The notes under the pieces: generated by a model
What the model was told of the DNA's origin: nothing
Seen by the model: the letters and a program-made list of their open reading frames with translations, nothing else
Database searches by the model: none
Part shown: piece by piece, positions 39,514-48,354 of the stretch
How positions within the stretch are numbered: position 1 is the first letter of the stretch
Layout: each line of letters opens with the position of its first letter
Assembly: GCA_963822465.1 (NCBI GenBank)
Contig: CAWGHP010000010.1
Location: forward strand, 284,149 to 348,148
Direction: 5' to 3'
DNA: 64,000 nucleotides
Origin: an uncultured Gammaproteobacteria bacterium
Lineage (GTDB): Bacteria; Pseudomonadota; Gammaproteobacteria; Xanthomonadales; Rhodanobacteraceae
Translations under genes and position numbers: made by a program

Positions 39514-39596
39514 GAAGATTGTGCACATGCAGCAAGTTGAGCCGATCGGCTGCAGTTTTGTCAAGTTACGGTTGCATACGAAACTACAGCGAACCG

Positions 39597-41420
39597 CTAC
39601 TTGCGCCGATGTGCGGGCTTGTTCGCCATCAACTGGCGCAGTTCGTCGCGCTCGGCGTCCGAGAGCTGGCCCTCGACCTGGCGGGCGATCAGGTCATCGA
39701 GTCGCTGTTGGGACGTCTGGACGTCCAATTGGGCGATGGCGCCGAGGAAGTCGGCGCGGCCCTGGTCGGTGTCGACCAGCAGGTCCATGGTCGCCAGCTT
39801 GTTCAGGGCGCCGGCTTCCTCGCGGCCGGCGAAGTGTTCGAGCAGGGCGCCGGTGGTCAGCGAAGGGCGCTCCCGGCACAGGCGGATCAGTTCGACCAGC
39901 AGCGGGATGCCCGGCTGGCGCAGTTCGGAAAACGTCCATGGCGGCTCGATCTCGGCGGCCAGCGACGGGTACTGCACGAGCAGGGCCACGGCGGTGCGCA
40001 CCAGCGAACGTTGCGCGGGGCGCTTCGGTTGTGGACGTGCGCCGGCGCTTCCGCTGCCAGCGGGGGCGACCGTCTTCGCGCCACTCAATCGCTCCAGCTC
40101 GGCATACATGAGGTCACGGAACGCGCCATCGGGAATCTGCCCGATCAGCGGGCGCGCGCGTTCGGCCAGGCGCGCCTTGCCGTCGAGGCTGGAAAGGCTG
40201 ACGTCCTTGCCGGTCTCGGCGAAGAAGAACTCGCTGAGCGGCATCGCCTGCTTGAGCCGCTGTTCGAACCCGTCGAGGCCTTCCTTGCGGATCAGCGAAT
40301 CCGGATCCTCGCCGTCGGGTACGAACAGGAACCAGGCCTGGCGGCCGTCGCGCATGCGCGGCAGCACCGATTCGACCGCGCGCCAGGCCGCCTGGCGCCC
40401 GGCGCGATCGCCGTCGAAGCAGAAGTACACATCGGCCGAGTTGCGGAACAGGATCTCGGCATGGTCGCTGGTCGTCGCCGTGCCGAGCGTCGCCACGGCC
40501 TGGGTGATGCCGTACTGGTGCAGGGCGATCACGTCCATGTAGCCCTCGACCACGAGCAGGCGCGGAATCTTCTGGTTGGCATCGCGCACCTGCCAGAGGC
40601 CGAACAGCTCGCGACCCTTGTGGAACAGTGGTGTCTCCGGCGAGTTGAGGTATTTCGGCCCGGGGCTCTTGTCGGGAGTCGTTTCGCTCCGATCGGCTTT
40701 GATTCTTGTGCGCACATCCTGTGCGCGAGAATCAAGAAGCGGCGATCCATCGCCGCACTTCTCAACAAGGCGCCCGCCAAAGGCTATGGTCCGCCCGCGC
40801 CGGTCGAGGATCGGGAACATCACGCGGTCGCGGAAGCGGTCGTACTTGCCGCCGCGGTCGCCGCTGGCGAGCATGCCGGCCTTGTCGAGCAGGGCGATGC
40901 GCTGCGGCGTCGTGCCGAGCGCGTTCTTCAGCGCATCCCACTGGTCCGGCGCGAAGCCGAGGTTGAAGCGTTCGAGGATCGCCGCATCGAGGCCGCGGCG
41001 TTCGAAATAGTCGCGCGCCGCCGCGTTGTGCTTGAGCTGTTCACGATAGAACGTGGCCGCGGCATCAAGCAGGGTATAGAGGTCGCTGACATCCTCGCGT
41101 GGCTTGTCGCGCTGGCCACCCTCGTACTCGACCTTGACGCCGGCGCGCGACGCCAGTTCCTCGATCGCATCGGGAAACTCGAGGCGGTCGTAATCCATCA
41201 GGAAGCGGATCGCGCTGCCGTGCGCGCCACAGCCGAAGCAGTGGTAGAACTGCTTGGCCGGGCTGACCGTGAACGAGGGCGAGCGCTCGTCGTGGAACGG
41301 GCAGCGCGCCGACCAGTCGCGCCCGGCCTTCTTCAGGGTCACGCGCTCCTGGATCACATCGACGATGTCGATGCGGGTCAGGAGATCGTCGATGAAGCGT
41401 TCGGGGATGCGGCCAGCCAT
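39597..41420 (-). CDS. dnaG: DNA primase
   Basis: 607 aa. Zn ribbon is CPFHDERSPSFTVSPAKQFYHCFGCGAHG. Also present are PKYLNSPETPLFHKG and the TOPRIM motif LVVEGYMDVIAL. Confidence 0.93.
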   Translation of the reverse strand: MAGRIPERFIDDLLTRIDIVDVIQERVTLKKAGRDWSARCPFHDERSPSFTVSPAKQFYHCFGCGAHGSAIRFLMDYDRLEFPDAIEELASRAGVKVEYEGGQRDKPREDVSDLYTLLDAAATFYREQLKHNAAARDYFERRGLDAAILERFNLGFAPDQWDALKNALGTTPQRIALLDKAGMLASGDRGGKYDRFRDRVMFPILDRRGRTIAFGGRLVEKCGDGSPLLDSRAQDVRTRIKADRSETTPDKSPGPKYLNSPETPLFHKGRELFGLWQVRDANQKIPRLLVVEGYMDVIALHQYGITQAVATLGTATTSDHAEILFRNSADVYFCFDGDRAGRQAAWRAVESVLPRMRDGRQAWFLFVPDGEDPDSLIRKEGLDGFEQRLKQAMPLSEFFFAETGKDVSLSSLDGKARLAERARPLIGQIPDGAFRDLMYAELERLSGAKTVAPAGSGSAGARPQPKRPAQRSLVRTAVALLVQYPSLAAEIEPPWTFSELRQPGIPLLVELIRLCRERPSLTTGALLEHFAGREEAGALNKLATMDLLVDTDQGRADFLGAIAQLDVQTSQQRLDDLIARQVEGQLSDAERDELRQLMANKPAHRRK

Positions 41421-41622
41421 GGCGCTAGTGTAGCGGGGAGCCGGGATTGGAGATTCGGGATGACCAGCCGTTCGGCTGTTGAAAGCCGGGATTCGTCAAG
41501 GCCAGGCTGCAGCCAGGAGCCAACGTTCCGGATGACTTGGACGCTCGCACCATGCAAATCCGCTAATCACCGCAATGGGCTCTCCTGCGAATCCCAAATC
41601 TCGAATCCCGAATCTCGCCTCG

Positions 41623-42066
41623 CTACGCAAGCCTGGCCTTGATCAGCTCGGAAACCTGGCCCATGTCGGCGCGGCCGGCGACCTGCGGCCTGACCAGGCC
41701 GATCACCTTGCCCATGTCACGCGGGCTGGCGGCGCCGGAATCGGCAATCGCCTTGCCGATGATGGCATCGAGCTCCGCGGCCGACAGCTGTGCGGGCAGG
41801 TAGGTCTGGATGACCTCGACTTCGGCACGCTCGACGGCGGCCAGGTCCTCGCGGTTGGCGGCCGAATACTGCTCGATCGAGTCGCGGCGCTGCTTGAGCA
41901 TCTTCTCGAGGATGCCGAGCACCTGGGCGTCGTCGAGTTCGATGCGCTCGTCCACCTCGCGCTGCTTGAGCGCGGCGAGGATCAGGCGAATGACGCCAAG
42001 GCGATCCTTTTCGCCGGCGCGCATGGCGGTCTTCATGTCATCGGTAATGCGGGCCTTGAGAGACAT
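41623..42066 (-). CDS. GatB/YqeY domain protein
   Basis: 147 aa with [35 protein letters not shown] and YLP motifs typical of YqeY. Confidence 0.88.
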   Translation of the reverse strand: MSLKARITDDMKTAMRAGEKDRLGVIRLILAALKQREVDERIELDDAQVLGILEKMLKQRRDSIEQYSAANREDLAAVERAEVEVIQTYLPAQLSAAELDAIIGKAIADSGAASPRDMGKVIGLVRPQVAGRADMGQVSELIKARLA

Positions 42067-42142
42067 CGTGCACCTCGTCCTGGGAATGATGGTGGCGACG
42101 CCGGGCCCGGATCCATGCCCCGGGCGCCGTGTCGATGGGCCG

Positions 42143-42181
42143 GAAACACAAACGGCCGGCGCTGCGTGGGCAGAGCCGGCC
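42143..42181 (-). terminator. possible internal terminator/attenuator between rpsU and yqeY-dnaG
   Basis: On the minus strand, the stem ggccggc...gccggcc is followed by gtttgtgttt. It occupies the same position as the known T1 terminator in the E. coli rpsU-dnaG-rpoD operon. Confidence 0.4.
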
Positions 42182-42276
42182 GAATGTTTCAGCCCGGATG
42201 TTGCGGCTTCAGAACGGAGCTGAAACCGCGATCAATCGGTCATGCGGAGCGCCGAAGCGACCGCGCGACCGCCCGA

Positions 42277-42492
42277 TCAATACATGCGTTGACGCTTGGT
42301 GACGTCGCGCGAAACGCGGCGCAGGTGGCGCTTGACCGCAGCCGCGCGCTTGCGCTTGCGTTCCTGGGTGGGCTTTTCGTAGAACTCGCGCTTGCGCACT
42401 TCGGCCAGCACGCCGGCCTTTTCACAGGTGCGCTTGAAGCGGCGCAGGGCAAACTCGAACGGTTCGTTCTCGCGAACTTTGACGCTTGGCAT
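42277..42492 (-). CDS. rpsU: 30S ribosomal protein S21
   Basis: Last 71 codons of ORF 42277..43530: [42 protein letters not shown]. Confidence 0.95.
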   Translation of the reverse strand: MPSVKVRENEPFEFALRRFKRTCEKAGVLAEVRKREFYEKPTQERKRKRAAAVKRHLRRVSRDVTKRQRMY

Positions 42493-42551
42493 AGTCTCTC
42501 CGCTGTTAAACTCGACAACCCGGGCTCTCGGGCGAGCCGCGCATTCTATTT

Positions 42552-43593
42552 CATGGCATCGATCATTGCAAAACCCGGTCCGGTCCTTGGTATCGAGACC
42601 TCCTGCGACGAAACCGGCGTGGCGGTCTATGACCGCCAGCGCGGCCTGCTTGCGCACGCCCTGTACAGCCAGATCGACCTGCATGCCGAATATGGCGGCG
42701 TGGTGCCGGAACTGGCCTCGCGCGACCACGTACGCAAGCTGCTGCCCTTGATCCGGCAGACCCTGGCCGAGGCCGGGATGGCCGTTGCGGATCTCGGCGG
42801 GGTGGCCTATACGGCCGGCCCCGGCCTGGTCGGCGCCCTGCTGGTAGGCGCCGCGGCGGCGCGTTCGCTGGCCTGGGCGCTGGAAATCCCGGCCATTGGC
42901 GTGCACCACATGGAGGGGCACCTGCTCGCTCCGATGCTCGAGGATGACCCGCCCGAGCCGCCTTTCGTCGCCCTGCTCGTGTCTGGCGGCCATTCCATGC
43001 TGATCGAGGTCGAGGCCATCGGCCGCTATCGCCTGCTCGGCGACACCCTCGACGACGCGGCCGGCGAGGCCTTCGACAAGACCGCCAAGCTGATGGGGCT
43101 GCCCTATCCGGGCGGCCCGGCCCTGGCGAAGCTCGCGGAGACCGCCGAACCGGGCCAGTTCCGCTTCACCCGTCCGATGACCGACCGTCCCGGGCTCGAT
43201 TTCAGCTTTTCGGGCCTGAAGACCCAGGTCCTGCTGGCCTGGCAGCGCAGCGACCAGGGCGATGCCATCCGCGCCGCGATCGCCCGCGATTTCGAGGAAG
43301 CCATCGTCGAGACCCTGGTCATCAAATGCCGTCGGGCGATGCTGGCAACCGGCGCAAAGCGCCTGGTCATCGCCGGCGGCGTCGGCGCCAATCGTCGCCT
43401 GCGCGCCGAACTGGCGAAGGCGGCCGGCGAAGACGGCTTCCGCAGCTACTTCCCGCGCCTGGAGTTCTGCACCGACAATGGCGCGATGATCGCCCTGGCC
43501 GGCTCGATCCGCCTGCACGCCGGCCAGCACAACGACCCGCAGATCAAGGCATTCCCGCGCTGGGATCTCGAGTCACTGCCTGCCGTGGTCTGA
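42552..43593 (+). CDS. tsaD: tRNA N6-adenosine threonylcarbamoyltransferase
   Basis: Last 347 codons of ORF 41575..43593. Motifs are [34 protein letters not shown] and [11 protein letters not shown]. Confidence 0.93.
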
Positions 43594-43641
43594 CGGGCAA
43601 CGCCGTCGCCGGCACCCAATCCAACCAACCGATCCGAATCC

Positions 43642-43995
43642 ATGGACATCGTATTCATCGAAGACCTGCGCATCGAGACCGTCATCGGCATCTACGACTG
43701 GGAGCGGCGCATCCGCCAGGTCGTCGCGCTCGACATCGAGATGCGCTTCGACAACACGCGACCGGCGGCGACCGACCGCATCGAGGACACGCTCGACTAC
43801 AAGGCCGTGTCCAAGCGCCTGATCGCCTTCGTCGAGGCCTCGGAATTCCAGCTGGTCGAAACCCTGGCCGAGCGCTGCGCGGCGATCATCCTCGACGAAT
43901 TCGCCGTGAAGCACGTGCGCCTGCGCCTGGCCAAGCCGGGCGCCGTGCGCGGTTCGAAGTCGGTCGGCGTACAGATCGAGCGCGAGCGAAGCTGA
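43642..43995 (+). CDS. folB: dihydroneopterin aldolase
   Basis: 117 aa with MDIVFIEDLRIETVIGIYDWER, DYKAVSKRL and LVETLAE. Confidence 0.9.
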   Translation: MDIVFIEDLRIETVIGIYDWERRIRQVVALDIEMRFDNTRPAATDRIEDTLDYKAVSKRLIAFVEASEFQLVETLAERCAAIILDEFAVKHVRLRLAKPGAVRGSKSVGVQIERERS

Positions 43996-44036
43996 TACGC
44001 GTGCCGTTCTTGCGGGTGGTATTCGGCACACGGCGC

Positions 44037-44114
44037 CGTCATCCCGGCGAAGGCCGGGATCCAGTGGCCTGGGATTCCAGCGAAGACTGGATCCCGGCCT
44101 GCGCCGGGATGACG
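44037..44114. repeat. REP-like long inverted repeat (29-bp arms)
   Basis: Arm cgtcatcccggcgaaggccgggatccagt, then 20 nt, then arm actggatcccggcctgcgccgggatgacg. Confidence 0.85.
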
Positions 44115-44258
44115 AGCTAAATGCGATGTCCGGCACGTGCGCCTGCGCCTGGCCAGGCCGGGCGCCGTGCGCGGATCGAAGTCGGTCGGCGTGCAGATCG
44201 AGCGCGAGCGAAGCTGATACGCGTGCCGTTCTTGCGGGTGGTATCCGGCACACGGCTC

Positions 44259-44336
44259 CGTCATCCCGGCGAAAGCCGGGATCCAGTGGCCTGGGATTCC
44301 AGCGAAGACTGGATCCCGGCCTGCGCCGGGATGACG
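44259..44336. repeat. REP-like long inverted repeat, second copy
   Basis: The same element, 222 bp downstream within tandem copy 2. Confidence 0.85.
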
Positions 44337-44598
44337 AGATAAATGCGATGTCCGGCACGTGCGCCTGCGCCTGGCCAGGCCGGGCGCCGTGCGCGGATCG
44401 AAGTCGGTCGGCGTGCAGATCGAGCGCGAGCGCGCGTAGGAATCGGAGTTCTCCCGAGACGGCGCGCTGTTTCCCTCTCCCGCCGGGAGAGGGTGCCCCG
44501 CAGGGGCGGGTGAGGGTACGGGCGGAGCGAGTGATCAGGGTTTCGCAGAACCCGCTGTGCGGTGCCGCCAGCATGACGGGAAATCCGGTCAACCTCCG

Positions 44599-44675
44599 CG
44601 TCATCCCGGCGCAGGCCGGGATCCAGTGTCGTGGGGCTTCAGTAACGGCTGGATCCCGGCTTGCACCGGGATGAC
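44599..44675. repeat. REP-like long inverted repeat, third (diverged) copy
   Basis: Sequence cgtcatcccggcgcaggccgggatccagt...ctggatcccggcttgcaccgggatgac. Another hairpin pair lies at 44473-44507 (ccctctcc-cgccg-ggagaggg, then gcccc-gca-ggggc). Confidence 0.8.
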
Positions 44676-44768
44676 AGGATGCGTTTGGTGGCCTGCGCGT
44701 CCGGGCGCGGCATTCGCCCGCATTTCCTGATCGGCTGCCGAAACGGTTTCGCGGTTTCTGCGCCGCCT

Positions 44769-45518
44769 TCAGGCGTTGCCCGTCGCGGTTTCCCACGGGA
44801 ACGGCGGCAGCGTGTGCACGGCTTCCGTGAGTTTCTGTGCCCAGGCCTGGCGGATGTCGGCGAAGAATTCGGTGTCTTCGTCGATGCGTACCTTGTGGCC
44901 GACACGCAGTTCGCCCTCGCGGATGATCGCCAGGTCGATCGGCAGCCCCACCGACACATTCGAGCGGATCGTCGAATCGAGCGAGACCAGCGCGCAGCGC
45001 GCCGCATCGCCGAGCGAGGTGTCGCGATCGATGATGCGGTCGAGGATCGGCTTGCCGTACTTGGATTCGCCGATCTGCAGGTAGGGCGTTTCCGGCGACG
45101 CGCTGATCCAGTTGCCGAGCGGGTAGATCAGGCGCACGGCCGCTTCGCCGCCGGCGATCTGGCCGCCGAGTATGAGCGTGGCCTCGACGCTGACGCCGCT
45201 CTGTTGCGCGTTCTCGTTGACCTGGGCCTGGTTGGCGACGAGCACGCGGCCGATATAATCGGCCACTTCGTAGAGGCGCTTGGCCTTGAACAGGCTGAAC
45301 CTGGCGTCAGGGTCCTCGATGTCGCGGCGCAGGGTCGAAATCACCGCCTGCGTCGTCGCCAGGTTGCCGGCCGACATCAATACGAACACGCACTCGCCCG
45401 GCTTTTCGAAGACATGCATCTTGCCGTGCGTGCGCACATCGTCGAACGAGGCGCTGGTGCGTGTGTCGGCGGCGAGCACGAGGCCCTGGTCGACGTGGAT
45501 ACCCACACAATAGGTCAT
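44769..45518 (-). CDS. proteasome-type (Anbu-like) Ntn protease
   Basis: ORF 44769..45584. Start MTYCVGIHVDQGLVLAADTRTSA places Thr directly after Met, the position of the N-terminal nucleophile. Also present are MHVFEKPGE and LMSAGNLATTQAV. Confidence 0.75.
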   Translation of the reverse strand: MTYCVGIHVDQGLVLAADTRTSASFDDVRTHGKMHVFEKPGECVFVLMSAGNLATTQAVISTLRRDIEDPDARFSLFKAKRLYEVADYIGRVLVANQAQVNENAQQSGVSVEATLILGGQIAGGEAAVRLIYPLGNWISASPETPYLQIGESKYGKPILDRIIDRDTSLGDAARCALVSLDSTIRSNVSVGLPIDLAIIREGELRVGHKVRIDEDTEFFADIRQAWAQKLTEAVHTLPPFPWETATGNA

Positions 45519-45615
45519 GGTTGGAACTGCGATCGATCTGGTCGGCCATTGTAGGCACGGCTTGCTATCACCGCGATAGCCCAAACCTGACCATATTGTG
45601 AATCACGGCACGAGG

Positions 45616-46878
45616 ATGGCGATGAATGAACTGACCGAATGGCTGGCCTTGCCCTGGATGCAGACGGCATTGGGCGTGCTTGCACTGGTCGCAGCGAGCT
45701 GGCTGACCGCTACCGTCGCCCGCCGCGCGCTGGTGCGGGCCTTTCGCGCGGTGGCGGTGCGCACCAGCTGGACCTGGGACGACGTGCTCATCGAGCATGG
45801 CACCCTGCGCCAGATCACGCGCATCGCGCCGACCCTGGTGATCCAGCTCGGCATCGGTTTCGTGCCGGGCCTGCCCGAGCGGATCGACGTGCTGGTCCAC
45901 AAAGTGGCCATGGCAGGCACGATCCTGTTCGTCGTGCTGGCTCTTGGCGCCGCGCTGAACGCGCTGGCCGACCTGTACAGCCGCAAGTCCGGCGGCACGC
46001 GCTCGATCAAGGCCTACGTGCAGTTCCTCAGGATTGCGATCTACGTCGTCGCCGCGGTGGTGATCATGGCCATCCTGATCGACCGTTCGCCGCTGATCCT
46101 GCTGTCCGGCCTCGGCGCGCTCTCGGCGATCCTGCTGCTGGTCTTCAAGGACACCATCCTCGGCTTCGTCGCCGGCATCCAGCTGACCACCAACGACATG
46201 CTGCACGTCGGCGACTGGATCGAGGTGCCGGCGGCCGGCGCGGACGGCGATGTCATCGACATCGCCCTGCACACGGTCAAGGTGCAGAATTTCGACAAGA
46301 CGATCACCACGATCCCGACCTGGCGCCTGATCGCCGATCCATTCAAGAACTGGCGCGGCATGTCGGAAGCCGGCGGGCGCCGGATCAAGCGTTCGCTGCT
46401 GATCGACGCGGGCAGCGTGCACTTTCTCGATGACGAGGAAATCGCGCGGATGTCTTCATCGCTGGTGTTGCACGATTACCTGACCGGCAAGGCCGGCGAG
46501 GTGTCGCGTTTCAATGTCGGGCTGGGCGAGGCCGGGCGCTACGTGCTCAACCAGCAGCGCCTGACCAACCTCGGCACGCTGCGCGCCTATGCCGTGTCCT
46601 ATCTGACCTCGCTGCCCGGGATCCGCAAGGACATGACCCTGCTCGTGCGCCAGCTCGATGCCCGCGGCGAGGGCATACCGCTGGAGCTGTACTGCTTTAC
46701 GCGGACCACCGACTGGTACGAGTACGAAGGCATCGTCTCGGACATCTTCGACCACATGTTCGCGGTGCTCCCGGAATTCGGCCTGCGCCTTTACCAGAAG
46801 CCCGCCGGTGGCGACCTGCGCGATGCCATCGCGAGCGCCGCCGGGCGCGGTGCCGGCGCCGCGGAAGCGAAACCGTGA
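45616..46878 (+). CDS. MscS-family mechanosensitive channel
   Basis: ORF 45598..46878 (start uncertain: 45598, 45616 or 45622). It has TM helices, then FKDTILGFVAGIQLTTNDMLHVGDWIEV...GDVIDIALHTVKVQNFDKTITTIPT. Confidence 0.85.
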   Translation: MAMNELTEWLALPWMQTALGVLALVAASWLTATVARRALVRAFRAVAVRTSWTWDDVLIEHGTLRQITRIAPTLVIQLGIGFVPGLPERIDVLVHKVAMAGTILFVVLALGAALNALADLYSRKSGGTRSIKAYVQFLRIAIYVVAAVVIMAILIDRSPLILLSGLGALSAILLLVFKDTILGFVAGIQLTTNDMLHVGDWIEVPAAGADGDVIDIALHTVKVQNFDKTITTIPTWRLIADPFKNWRGMSEAGGRRIKRSLLIDAGSVHFLDDEEIARMSSSLVLHDYLTGKAGEVSRFNVGLGEAGRYVLNQQRLTNLGTLRAYAVSYLTSLPGIRKDMTLLVRQLDARGEGIPLELYCFTRTTDWYEYEGIVSDIFDHMFAVLPEFGLRLYQKPAGGDLRDAIASAAGRGAGAAEAKP

Positions 46879-47360
46879 CGCGAGTCCTGCTCAGCCTCGG
46901 CTCCAACCTCGAACCGGAACGCCACCTGCGCGCGGCGCTGGGCGAGTTGCGCGCGCAGTTCGGCGAACTCGCCGTATCGCCGGTGTATCGCACCGAGGCC
47001 GTCGGCTTCGAAGGCCCGGCGTTTCTCAATCTCGCGGTGGGTCTCGACACCGACTGGACTCCGCAGCAGCTGGACGACTGGCTGCACGCGCTCGAAGACC
47101 GGCATGGCCGGCGTCGCGACGTGGCCCGCTATTCCAGCCGCACCCTCGACGTCGACATCATCCTGTTCGGCGATCTGGTCGTGGAGGGTCCCGGCCATCT
47201 GCAGGTGCCGCGCGACGAACTCAGGCACGCCTTCGTGCTCGCGCCGATCGCCGACATTGCGCCGGATGCGCTGCATCCGGTCAGCGGCAAGACCATGGCC
47301 GGGCTCTGGCAGGCGCACCCGGAGCACGGCCGGGACATGCAGCGCGTCCGCCTGGAGTGA
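46875..47360 (+). CDS. folK: 2-amino-4-hydroxy-6-hydroxymethyldihydropteridine diphosphokinase
   Basis: The GTG start overlaps the MscS stop. Motifs are LSLGSNLEPERHL, SPVYRTEAVG, RTLDVDIILFGD, PRDELRHAFVLAP and IAP. Confidence 0.88.
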   Translation: MTRVLLSLGSNLEPERHLRAALGELRAQFGELAVSPVYRTEAVGFEGPAFLNLAVGLDTDWTPQQLDDWLHALEDRHGRRRDVARYSSRTLDVDIILFGDLVVEGPGHLQVPRDELRHAFVLAPIADIAPDALHPVSGKTMAGLWQAHPEHGRDMQRVRLE

Positions 47361-47463
47361 CGACGGCGCGCCGTTCCCGCCGCGGCGCATGACGGACGGG
47401 GCGGCGACGCTATACTTTGCCGGTGCCGCCTGAAGGCACCCACATTCGAAACGGGGAGTCGAC

Positions 47464-48309
47464 ATGTTCGAGAAGTTTTCGCATAGCTGGTCACTGGTCA
47501 AATCCAGCGCAGCGGTGTTGCGCGCCGACAAGGAGTTGCTGGTCTTTCCGCTGCTCTCGGCGATCTGCTGCATCATCGTCGCCGCGAGTTTCTTCATCCC
47601 GGCCATCCTCGGCGGCCTGTTCGCCGGCATCCGCGGCGACCAGGCCAACCCGCTGATGTACGTGCTGCTGTTCGCGTTCTACGTGGTCCAGTATTTCGTC
47701 ATCATCTTCTTCAACTCGGCCCTGATCGGCGCGGCCATGATCCGCCTCGACGGCGGCGACCCGACCGTCGCCGACGGCTTCCGCATCGCCATGTCGAAAC
47801 TGCCGGCGATCCTCGGCTACGCGGTGATCGCTGCGACCGTCGGCGTGCTGTTGCGTGCCCTGCAGGAACGCGCCGGCTTCATCGGCCGCTTCGTCATCGG
47901 CCTGATCGGCCTGGCCTGGACGGTAGCCTCGTTCCTCGTCGTGCCGGTGCTGGTCAGCCAGGACATCGGCCCGATCGACGCGGTCAAGCGCAGTGCGGAA
48001 CTGCTCAAGAAGACCTGGGGGCAGAACCTGATCGGTACCGGCGGCATCGGCCTCGTGTTCGGCCTCGGCATCTTCGCCCTGGCCGTGGTCGGCGGCGGAT
48101 TGATCGTGCTGGCCGTTTCCAGCGGAATTGTCGCGATCATCGTGACTTCCGTGGTCGCCGTCGTGCTCGCCCTGCTCCTGCTGATCCTGATCCAGGCGGC
48201 CCTGCAGGGCGTCTACGCGGCGGCCCTGTATCGCTATGCCACCGAGGGAGATGCGGGCGCAGGATTCGGCAACGAGCTCGTCGCCGGCGCCTTCAAGGTC
48301 AAGGCCTGA
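47464..48309 (+). CDS. polytopic membrane protein (DUF6159-like)
   Basis: 281 aa with about 6 hydrophobic helices. The N-terminus is MFEKFSHSWSLVKSSAAVLRADKELLVFPLLS. The family name is from memory only. Confidence 0.55.
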   Translation: MFEKFSHSWSLVKSSAAVLRADKELLVFPLLSAICCIIVAASFFIPAILGGLFAGIRGDQANPLMYVLLFAFYVVQYFVIIFFNSALIGAAMIRLDGGDPTVADGFRIAMSKLPAILGYAVIAATVGVLLRALQERAGFIGRFVIGLIGLAWTVASFLVVPVLVSQDIGPIDAVKRSAELLKKTWGQNLIGTGGIGLVFGLGIFALAVVGGGLIVLAVSSGIVAIIVTSVVAVVLALLLLILIQAALQGVYAAALYRYATEGDAGAGFGNELVAGAFKVKA

Positions 48310-48354
48310 GCCAGTCCGGCGCGGAGCCTGCCCGGGTCCCGCGCCGACTGCCGG

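Larger units (their letters stand above)
43911..44432. repeat. 222-bp tandem repeat, about 2.35 copies, whose first copy includes the last 85 nt of folB
   Basis: The string gcacgtgcgcctgcgcctggcc... restarts at 43911, 44133 and 44355. Copies 2 and 3 are identical where they overlap and differ from copy 1 at a few positions. Confidence 0.9.

Noticed and set aside
44121-44674. ORFs 44121..44342+ and 44126..44674+ in the folB-Anbu spacer.
   Set aside because: They are made entirely of tandem-repeat and REP sequence (duplicated folB tail and hairpin arms), with repeat-derived low-complexity translation.
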